A stretch of DNA of 64,000 nucleotides, taken from positions 1-64,000 of the IMG/VR virus record IMGVR_UViG_3300027808_002535. The stretch is one strand, 5' to 3'. This DNA is from a virus. Taxonomy: Duplodnaviria > Caudoviricetes. Both the position numbers and the translations under genes were made by a program. Shown here piece after piece: positions 9,366-17,098 of the stretch. Position 1 is the stretch's first letter. The number at the start of each line of letters is the position of its first letter. The notes below the pieces were generated by a model that worked only from the letters and a program-made list of their open reading frames with translations, was not told the DNA's origin and searched no databases.

Positions 9366-11741
9366 ATGAGACTACTAGAATTAAAAGAAGACAAATCATA
9401 TCAGCCGCCTAGCATTGATGTGGGCGATGAAGTTCTTGTGGGCAAGTTTAAAAATCGCAGAGCAGAAGTTAAAGGGTTTACAACTGATGACAATAATCAG
9501 CCTGTGCTAAAAACTTCCAAAGGTGATCAACATTTATTCAAGCCACGTATCGCTAAACTCATGCCCACGGATGTCAATGAAGATTCCGGTAACAGCCTTC
9601 AAACTATTATTCAATCCTTTGTCAATAGTCCTATAGGACAAAAATACAAACAACACGATTGTAAAACTGTGACCAGAGCATTTGTACGATGGGCAGAACA
9701 AAATAAAATTCCAACGCAGGTAGTTTCATTGGCTCCTCCCAGTGCTGATTTTATTGCCAAGAATCCACAGTTCCAAAGTAAGAAAGGTAAGCCTGGCCAG
9801 GGCAATGGCCACATCATGCCCATAGTGAATGGCAGTGCCATTGACTTCACTGTTAGACAATTTGGTGTGAAAAGACCTTTTGAAAATCCATTAGTAACGT
9901 CAACGTCAATTAATAGTCTGCAATCAGTATACGGCAAATTTGGATATTTTACAGACAACCCCAACTGGTTTCCAGGAGGCAAGTCTCATTGGATTGGTGC
10001 ATTGAACGCAATACCACCAGCAATCTTTAATCAAAATTTTGGCGATGAAATACTAGAGCATACCATGGCAGAAGGCTTGGATGAAGATGCCGTTCGAGCA
10101 GAAGCACAAGCAGCCTACATGCAAGGACAATGCATGATATTGGCCGTTGCTATAAATCAACTCAATCCTAAAAGATATCCAATAGGCTATATATGGGAAT
10201 ACAACGCCGATGCAGGCGTACCGGACATGCAACTGGATGATGACGAGTGGGAAAATCTAAATCCACAAGAACAAGAAGAAATCTCAAAAGATATCAGCCG
10301 CCACTCGATAGTACATGCCTATGTACGTGATAGAGATACCAACGAATACATAGATGCACGTGGTCGTCACAGAGATATACCGAATTTGTGGGGCAGACTA
10401 GGTGTCACACGATTTGAAGAATTTCCAGGTACGGCTCGTGAGTTGATAGACATAACAGTAAACGGAGAATGGGATGAAGTTGGTGAACAGGTCAATTTCA
10501 AACGTGGTCAACCTGCGTTTGATTCCATGGCAGGACCTGCTGGTGTTAAACAAGCACAAGACTATTCTGTAAAATATTTGAATATAGATCCGGGTCCAGC
10601 ATCACAATCGACACTGAAAAAGCCCGTCTGGATGAATCCAGGAGATCCGTTGCCACCCAGTAGCCCAAATGGCACTTGGGTCATTCTAGGGCCTTATAAA
10701 AATGTTTTATACAGATTTTCCGCTAGCAATGAACAACGAGCCAGTGCTATGAAAGATCAGTGGTGCAAAGAAAATAACATAGATCCTGATTCTAATCGTT
10801 TTTGTAGATTGAAGTATGATGGTAATGTTCTCCTGGGTCAGCCCATCAAGAAACAAGGCATGGCGGAAGCTAGAAATAGTTTATTTGCTTTTGTGAAGCA
10901 ACAGTTTCCAACTTGGCCTGATTATGTATTGAAAGACTTCTTATATGCACAAGCCAAGGGCATCCGTGACCAAGCAGAGTTAGATGATTTTCTAAAAAGA
11001 AATAAACAAGATTTTGGTAATTGTAAATGGACACTGACTAAACTGCCTATAACATTTGATATCTTTACACCAAAGACTCAGCGTATGCTTGCTAGTCGAG
11101 AAGGCGGTAGTTCCAATCCTTTTCAAGTGCCGCGTGATGCTGAAAGACACGCACTACAATCACAAATGATTCAGCAAAAGGGTGTGAGTGCAGAACCAAT
11201 TATTGTTGCTAAATTATCAAACGGTTATGATTTGATTGAAGGTTGGCATAGAACTATTCAGCATCTAAAAACATTTCCTGAAGGATACACAGGCCCTGCT
11301 TGGGTCTGCACTGGAGCCACATACAAAAGTGAAAGCGTAGAACAAGGTGTGGCAGAAAACTTCGCAGACGGTCGAGTAAAAGGTAAAAGCAGTCCTGGAC
11401 GTGTAAAACGTAGCGGTGCAAGCTGTGACGGAAGTGTATCTGATCTAAGATCAAAAGCAAAAAATGCAAGTGGTGAACGTGCTAAGATGTATCACTGGTG
11501 CGCTAATATGAAAAACGGCAGAGCAGATGAATCTGGGATGTTAGAAGGTTTAAATGCTCTATGGAAAAATATATTAGAAGCGGGCGTATTCAAAGGCTAT
11601 CCTTGTACCAAGGATTGTAGTGGGCATGCCGCTGGATATAAGTGGTCCGATGACAGAGATATTACAGATCCTAACTTATGTCCCTACAGTAATAACAGTT
11701 TCTGGGAAGGCTGTTTAGCTCACACCGATGAACAAGAATAA
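9366..11741 (+). CDS. Mosaic polyprotein: two putative Cys-His-Asp (papain/transglutaminase-like) modules, a ParB/Srx-like module and small Cys-containing modules
   Basis: DCK..GH..IDF; GQC..VHA..YID; PIIV..LIEGWHR; modules separated by MAEG/QGMAE/QGVAE. Confidence 0.55.
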   Translation: MRLLELKEDKSYQPPSIDVGDEVLVGKFKNRRAEVKGFTTDDNNQPVLKTSKGDQHLFKPRIAKLMPTDVNEDSGNSLQTIIQSFVNSPIGQKYKQHDCKTVTRAFVRWAEQNKIPTQVVSLAPPSADFIAKNPQFQSKKGKPGQGNGHIMPIVNGSAIDFTVRQFGVKRPFENPLVTSTSINSLQSVYGKFGYFTDNPNWFPGGKSHWIGALNAIPPAIFNQNFGDEILEHTMAEGLDEDAVRAEAQAAYMQGQCMILAVAINQLNPKRYPIGYIWEYNADAGVPDMQLDDDEWENLNPQEQEEISKDISRHSIVHAYVRDRDTNEYIDARGRHRDIPNLWGRLGVTRFEEFPGTARELIDITVNGEWDEVGEQVNFKRGQPAFDSMAGPAGVKQAQDYSVKYLNIDPGPASQSTLKKPVWMNPGDPLPPSSPNGTWVILGPYKNVLYRFSASNEQRASAMKDQWCKENNIDPDSNRFCRLKYDGNVLLGQPIKKQGMAEARNSLFAFVKQQFPTWPDYVLKDFLYAQAKGIRDQAELDDFLKRNKQDFGNCKWTLTKLPITFDIFTPKTQRMLASREGGSSNPFQVPRDAERHALQSQMIQQKGVSAEPIIVAKLSNGYDLIEGWHRTIQHLKTFPEGYTGPAWVCTGATYKSESVEQGVAENFADGRVKGKSSPGRVKRSGASCDGSVSDLRSKAKNASGERAKMYHWCANMKNGRADESGMLEGLNALWKNILEAGVFKGYPCTKDCSGHAAGYKWSDDRDITDPNLCPYSNNSFWEGCLAHTDEQE
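10059..10075 (+). repeat. Degenerate MAEG linker repeat, copy 4
   Basis: CATACCATGGCAGAAGG. Confidence 0.55.
10854..10870 (+). repeat. QGMAE linker repeat, copy 5
   Basis: CAAGGCATGGCGGAAGC. Confidence 0.85.
11343..11359 (+). repeat. QGVAE linker repeat, copy 6
   Basis: CAAGGTGTGGCAGAAAA. Confidence 0.8.
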
Positions 11742-11758
11742 AGAATAAATATACTATT

Positions 11759-13195
11759 ATGCGATTATTAGAACTTAAAAATTTATTAGAAGGTCCGAAC
11801 TTAGCTCCGTCAGAGTTGATTAAACCTAACAGCAGGACAAATGTACCTAGGATAGATATATTTGCCAGGAAAGTCACTGCCGGCGAGCCATTTCCAACAG
11901 TAGACGGACGATCAGTAATTATTGACAAAACAGAAATTAAACGTATTAGAGATTTAATGGCGCAAGGTCAGTTTGGCGGTAAAACAATTTCAGTTAACAC
12001 TGATCAAGGGCCAATATCATTATCCAATCTAAAGAAAACCGGAGAGTTTGGTGCGTTGGCCGGCGATGTTGCAGATAAGATTGGCAATAGAGGTGATATA
12101 TCTGAGGGTATTCTTGGCGCGGCATTATTTGCTAAAATGCGAGCAAGAGTTAATGGAAAAATTAAAACTATCGCTCCTGGTGATATTTGGGGAGTTATTG
12201 ATAGTTTACAATTACAAAAAACTGTTAGAGGTAAAGATAAAGAAGATACCTGGGGTGAATACACTGTTAAAGTAAAAGATGTTAACCAAGCAACTGTTAA
12301 AGACAGTATTGTCTTCACATTAAAATTAAAAGAAGGTCCATTCAAAGAAATTATGGATACTACAAAACGACCTTTATTGAATAAAGAAATTAGTGGCGCT
12401 GTAGAGTATGCAAATAGTGCAGATGCAGAAGAATTTGCTTCTTTCTTTTATTTAAATGGTAAACCTGATATTATTCATGTTATCACTGATGGCTTGAGTG
12501 ATCAGACAGGTAAGAAGTCTGACATTGAAGTTGTTGTCACTGATCCTAAAACTGGCAAGCAACACGAACAACGACTTAATATTAGTCTTAAAGCAGGCAG
12601 TGATCAAATTGCACAAGTGGGCGGCGGTACAACTATTGCCGATGATACCAAGGGCAGGACTGCATTTGAAGCTCAAGATGAATTATGGAGTAAATTAGGT
12701 ATTGATGTTGTACCTTTTAAAGAAGAATTTGAATCAATGACTGCAAAATCTAATTACGATTCTTTCATGGGTGCATTTCAATTTATGTACCACGAAGTCA
12801 CTGATTTGCTACGTAGTTTATTAAGCGGCAATTACGACGATGAAGAATATTTATATGTCAGCGATTTTATCAAGGCTATTAATTATTTTGCTACTTTAGG
12901 AAATCCTAATATTGTGTTAATTAACTTGGAAAAAGGTAGCTACTCTATTTCCAGCTTTGCCAACTTAGAATCACAGTTACAAGATATAGATCTTGATGCA
13001 AGATATGTAGAACAAGATGAATCAGGATTACCTATTGTAGAAGTATTTGACGCTAACAGCGGACAATTATTCCTAAGAATAAGATCATATCGTAAAAGCA
13101 AAGTTTCAAAGTCTGGCGAAGAGGGTTGGTACTTTAGAAACTACATTGAAACTGGTCCATTATTAAAGCAGTTAACTAGTATTAAGAAAAAATAA
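11759..13195 (+). CDS. Putative PD-(D/E)xK restriction-like nuclease, putative internal head protein
   Basis: GDISEG helix, then KSDIEV...ISLKAG; MRLLELK leader; TAAATA at 11746. Confidence 0.45.
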   Translation: MRLLELKNLLEGPNLAPSELIKPNSRTNVPRIDIFARKVTAGEPFPTVDGRSVIIDKTEIKRIRDLMAQGQFGGKTISVNTDQGPISLSNLKKTGEFGALAGDVADKIGNRGDISEGILGAALFAKMRARVNGKIKTIAPGDIWGVIDSLQLQKTVRGKDKEDTWGEYTVKVKDVNQATVKDSIVFTLKLKEGPFKEIMDTTKRPLLNKEISGAVEYANSADAEEFASFFYLNGKPDIIHVITDGLSDQTGKKSDIEVVVTDPKTGKQHEQRLNISLKAGSDQIAQVGGGTTIADDTKGRTAFEAQDELWSKLGIDVVPFKEEFESMTAKSNYDSFMGAFQFMYHEVTDLLRSLLSGNYDDEEYLYVSDFIKAINYFATLGNPNIVLINLEKGSYSISSFANLESQLQDIDLDARYVEQDESGLPIVEVFDANSGQLFLRIRSYRKSKVSKSGEEGWYFRNYIETGPLLKQLTSIKKK

Positions 13196-13231
13196 TACGT
13201 TATATTGACACAAATTGGCATAAATAAACAT

Positions 13232-13441
13232 ATGAAAATAAAAGAACTTATCAGCGAAGACGGCAGCGTTGGCGGCATTAGCAGTGGTGCTGTAGCTTCT
13301 GCTCCAGCCAGCAATTTATTTGCTGTGCCCATGAAACGCAACATGGCAATGACTCGCAAGCGTCCTAAAAAGGAAGCTGAAGAATTTAAAACTAAAAAAG
13401 ATAAGTCTAATGTTTTAGAAAATGGAAATAACAATGGATAA
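13232..13441 (+). CDS. Small putative internal head protein
   Basis: MKIKELISE leader, Gly/Ser/Ala stretch, basic C-terminus; TAAATA at 13221. Confidence 0.6.
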   Translation: MKIKELISEDGSVGGISSGAVASAPASNLFAVPMKRNMAMTRKRPKKEAEEFKTKKDKSNVLENGNNNG

Positions 13442-14339
13442 GCAAAGAGCCCGACAACTTTATGAACTAGCAGATCGTTTAAGCAAGTTAGACGTTAATA
13501 CTCTTTCAGAAGAACAACATCAACAACGTAATACAATGATTGCCAAGCTACAAGAAGAAGTTAAAACAATTAAAGAGTTTGCTCCTGACGATGGTTCAGG
13601 TGGTGAAGAAGATACATTACACAAATATGCCAGAATGTGGTATAATGGTAATGAAGCTACACAACAACAAGTTGAAAAAATATTAGACCGTATGGGTTGG
13701 GAAATCGGCGAATTAGAATCAGAAGAAGGCGGTGCCTTTGTTGTACAATCAGGTGACGAAAATGGTAATAGTTATATTGGCTTTGCAGTCGCTGATTTGT
13801 CAGAAGGTATTACTGATAATAAAGACTCTGGCGAATATGATCAAGAAGGCGATATGGCTCGACAAGATCTTGCCACTGCCGCTGATGCTGCCAGCGAACT
13901 ACGCAGTATATTAACCAGCGATGAGAACTTGCCAGAATGGGTTCAATCAAAGATTACTAAAGCAGTTGACTATTTAGATACTGTTCGTGATTATATGAAA
14001 AGCAAAGATCAAGATGTAACAGAAGCTTCACAGCGAGTTGATTCACTGGTCACTGACGCATTAAAAATAATGCGTGGTTCATCAATGAATGATGCTGTAC
14101 TAGCATTAAAAACTGTGCTTGGTGATAGAGAATACAATGGCCGTCGCGGTCATTACAATTTCTATGTTAGACAAATCATGGATATGTCGGGTCAGCAAGG
14201 TGTGGCGGAAGCAAAAAGGCCAAGCCCAAAACTTACGCCGGTTAATATTAAAAAATCTGACCAAGTCAGCGAAGAAATAAATACAGAAGCATACGAAAGA
14301 CTACAAAAGGTTTTCGCATTTAAGAATTACGAAAGTTAA
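13434..14339 (+). CDS. Acidic mosaic protein (prohead core/internal-protein-like)
   Basis: EYDQEGDMA..LPEWVQSKITKA motif; QDVTEA and QQGVAEA linkers. Confidence 0.6.
   Translation: MDKQRARQLYELADRLSKLDVNTLSEEQHQQRNTMIAKLQEEVKTIKEFAPDDGSGGEEDTLHKYARMWYNGNEATQQQVEKILDRMGWEIGELESEEGGAFVVQSGDENGNSYIGFAVADLSEGITDNKDSGEYDQEGDMARQDLATAADAASELRSILTSDENLPEWVQSKITKAVDYLDTVRDYMKSKDQDVTEASQRVDSLVTDALKIMRGSSMNDAVLALKTVLGDREYNGRRGHYNFYVRQIMDMSGQQGVAEAKRPSPKLTPVNIKKSDQVSEEINTEAYERLQKVFAFKNYES
14196..14212 (+). repeat. QGVAE linker repeat, copy 7
   Basis: CAAGGTGTGGCGGAAGC. Confidence 0.85.
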
Positions 14340-14341
14340 TT

Positions 14342-15841
14342 ATGAAACTATTTGAACTATATCAACAAAATACCCTACAAGGTACAAATAACTTAAAACA
14401 GATCTCTGAAGCTGTTACCAATAAAACAGGTGCAGTTATTACTGTAGGTAACACTCAAGTTAAACTGGGCATTAACAGTGCTAGGTACGTTCTTGGTTTA
14501 TATGAAACCGCAGTTGCCAATGGCACCAGCGAACAATTCTTAGAAGGCCTGGCCAATCTAAATCCAACAATGGTCATGGAAAACGATAACACAATGCGTC
14601 ACATTGTCAGCAAGTTCAAGCACGAAGTTAAAAACTTCTTAGCTGGACAAGAACTAAGCGATGACTTATATCATGCATTGTTTGATTACTACAGCGACCA
14701 TGGTGAAATGCCGTATGGTGTACAAAAAGCTCGAGACGGTGATCCATATGAATGGGTTCACATGCGCTTTGACCGTGACGTTCATGACTATGCTGGCGGC
14801 GGCAATCCTGATATTCCTGCATTACCAACAGCAACAATGCCCAGTATGCCACGTCAAGAAAGCATGTACGAAGCATCTACTATAAATGGTCGAGTACGAG
14901 ATCCTAAAGAACTAGTTTGGAAACAAACTAGCATGAGCTATGAAGAAGCTGTAGAAAAATATGGTAAAGACAAAGTCAGAAAAGAAGGTAAAAATCGTAT
15001 AGGCAACGAAGTAATTGCAGTACATGTTCCGCTGGGGGAAAGCAGTATGTACGAATCTAAAAAAACAAAAATGAAAGAAGGTTGGGACGAGATGATGGCC
15101 GGCGTCAAAGCCAGTGCTGAACAAGAAAAAGGTGCTACTGGTAAGTTTTCTAGATCAAAAAATCCCGATTCAGGCGGAACAGTTTATAGCCGAAAATATA
15201 ATTCAGACACTGGTCAAACCATTGAGCCAACTAAAGATCCAGAAGGCAAATCTCCGGTCAAACGTAGCGTAGGCCGTCCCAATGCTGGGGTTACAGGCTC
15301 GGATGAAGCAGGTACTAAATTCGGTGATTATTCTAGCTGGTATCATAAATCTAAACGCACACACGGCGATCGTAAAATTGTTGGCGGTAGAACTGGTGCT
15401 ATGGCAGTTACTGAAAAAGGTAAAAAATATTTAGTAGTCGGTAAGTGGGAAAATGACGAAGGTGTTATGTTTGATAAACCCAGTGAATTGGTTACATTAG
15501 ATGCATTGAAATCTTACAAAAGCGGCAAAGGCCGTCCAAAGAAAGTTCGTGAATGGATTGAAACTCTGCGTTTCGTCTCCGAAGGTGTAGCTGGTCCTAA
15601 AAATTGTTGGCCTGGCCATAGAAAAGTTGGCACACAACCCGGCACAGGCAAGAATGCAGGCAAGCGTGTCAACGACTGCGAAAAGATCGGTGAAGATTTA
15701 GACGCTGATCAAAAGCGTGTAGGACAAGTTGGCGGCGAAGAACGAGCAAAGAAGATTGGCACAGTATTAGGCACAAGTCCCAAGCAACATCCTTTCAAAG
15801 GACGTTTAGTAGGCGAAGATTTAGAAAAGAATAGTAAATAA
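14342..15841 (+). CDS. Mosaic putative internal head protein with AT-hook-like GRP motifs
   Basis: MKLFEL leader; ESMYE and SSMYE repeats; RSVGRPN and GKGRPKK; CWPGHRKVG..NDC motif. Confidence 0.6.
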   Translation: MKLFELYQQNTLQGTNNLKQISEAVTNKTGAVITVGNTQVKLGINSARYVLGLYETAVANGTSEQFLEGLANLNPTMVMENDNTMRHIVSKFKHEVKNFLAGQELSDDLYHALFDYYSDHGEMPYGVQKARDGDPYEWVHMRFDRDVHDYAGGGNPDIPALPTATMPSMPRQESMYEASTINGRVRDPKELVWKQTSMSYEEAVEKYGKDKVRKEGKNRIGNEVIAVHVPLGESSMYESKKTKMKEGWDEMMAGVKASAEQEKGATGKFSRSKNPDSGGTVYSRKYNSDTGQTIEPTKDPEGKSPVKRSVGRPNAGVTGSDEAGTKFGDYSSWYHKSKRTHGDRKIVGGRTGAMAVTEKGKKYLVVGKWENDEGVMFDKPSELVTLDALKSYKSGKGRPKKVREWIETLRFVSEGVAGPKNCWPGHRKVGTQPGTGKNAGKRVNDCEKIGEDLDADQKRVGQVGGEERAKKIGTVLGTSPKQHPFKGRLVGEDLEKNSK

Positions 15842-15856
15842 ACAGGATAACAAATC

Positions 15857-16297
15857 ATGGATGAATTAGTACAAGCAATGAAAAAGTCACTGGCAGATAC
15901 ATTTGCCTTTTATTTAAAAGCACAGGGCTTTCACTGGAACGTTGAAGGTCCTAATTTTCCACAATATCACGCATTGTTTGATACTATATACAACGAAGTC
16001 TACGGAAGTATAGATCAGTTTGCAGAAGAAATTCGTTCCTTGGATGCTTATGCTCCTGCTAGTTTTGCTCGCTTCAGTGAACTAACTAGTTTAGACGATG
16101 AAATACAAATTCTTAATGCACAAGGTATGTTAGCAAAATTATTAGCAGACAACGATGTTGTATTGTCTAGTCTTGAGCAAGCATATGAATTAGCAGAAGT
16201 TGCACACAATCATGGACTAAGCAACTTCTTAGCTGAACGTCAAGACGCACATAAAAAACATGCTTGGCAATTAAAAGCAACTCTAAAACAAAGATAA
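15857..16297 (+). CDS. dps: Dps / ferritin-like DNA protection protein
   Basis: FHWNVEGPNFPQYH..F, DQFAEEIR ferroxidase signature, KKHAWQL C-terminus. Confidence 0.92.
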   Translation: MDELVQAMKKSLADTFAFYLKAQGFHWNVEGPNFPQYHALFDTIYNEVYGSIDQFAEEIRSLDAYAPASFARFSELTSLDDEIQILNAQGMLAKLLADNDVVLSSLEQAYELAEVAHNHGLSNFLAERQDAHKKHAWQLKATLKQR

Positions 16298-16543
16298 ATG
16301 AATCCTTTAATTAAAGAGTTAGTTCGGATAGAACTAACTAAAAACCAAATACTTGCTCTTGACTCTTTTATCACAGATCGAGGTGAGGAAATATTCAAAA
16401 ACAGTAACTTACTCAAAGTCATCAACCGCAGTGACTTTGATGCTGTGCCCAACGAATTGGCAAAATGGGTGGTAGACAACGGAAGACGTCGTCCCGAACT
16501 TGCCGAACTTAGACAAAAAGAAATATCATTATTTACCAAATAA
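16298..16543 (+). CDS. Truncated GH24 lysozyme-like protein (C-terminal lobe only)
   Basis: LTKNQILALDSF..NSNLLKVIN..ELAKWV..G...L..LRQKE..LF resembles the C-lobe of phage muramidases; no N-terminal catalytic E-x8-D/C-x5-T region. Confidence 0.6.
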   Translation: MNPLIKELVRIELTKNQILALDSFITDRGEEIFKNSNLLKVINRSDFDAVPNELAKWVVDNGRRRPELAELRQKEISLFTK

Positions 16544-16546
16544 CAC

Positions 16547-16575
16547 TTGACTGATGATGCGTGATACTATATAAT
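16547..16575 (+). promoter_or_regulatory. Sigma70-type promoter for the replication genes
   Basis: TTGACT-N17-TATAAT. Confidence 0.75.
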
Positions 16576-16604
16576 AGTATAACACATTTTATTAAGGAGT
16601 GTTT

Positions 16605-16862
16605 ATGGAACCGCGTATGTTTTCTGGCGATGAAAAAGCCAAAATTAAAAAACTATTTGCTGAAGGCATTCAAGTCTTAAGTGAAGTTAATGCACTCAAC
16701 GAAGGACTAACTGAAACAGTTAAAGCCATCGCCGAAGAACTTGACATGAAGCCCAGCGTACTCAAAAAAGCATTGCGTATTGCTTATAAAAACGAGTTTG
16801 CCAAAGAACAAGATGCATTCACTGAAGTAGAAGAAGTATTGCAAGTTGCAGGTCATCTTTGA
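16605..16862 (+). CDS. Small helical dsDNA-binding protein (T4 DsbA/GapR-like)
   Basis: Helical protein with VKAIAEELDMKPSVLKKALRIA pattern; SD AAGGAG; upstream of DNA polymerase. Confidence 0.55.
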   Translation: MEPRMFSGDEKAKIKKLFAEGIQVLSEVNALNEGLTETVKAIAEELDMKPSVLKKALRIAYKNEFAKEQDAFTEVEEVLQVAGHL

Positions 16863-17098
16863 TTAAATTCCTAAAAGAACAAACTTGGCAATTCTGGTTT
16901 GAGTGGTTATGTACCGCCATTCTAATCTGGGGAGTTGCTCTGACCAGTTATAATGTTTATCCACTAAACATTTGGATCAGCGGCTTAGGCAATCTAGGCT
17001 GGTTTGTTCTCGGTATACTATGGCGCAAATGGAGTTTGATTATTGTTCAACTTATAGTTACAATAATCTATGTTGCAGGAATATATAATATACTATGA
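16859..17098 (+). CDS. Small membrane protein
   Basis: 79 aa with about 3 hydrophobic helices and a YPLN motif. Confidence 0.65.
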   Translation: MIKFLKEQTWQFWFEWLCTAILIWGVALTSYNVYPLNIWISGLGNLGWFVLGILWRKWSLIIVQLIVTIIYVAGIYNIL

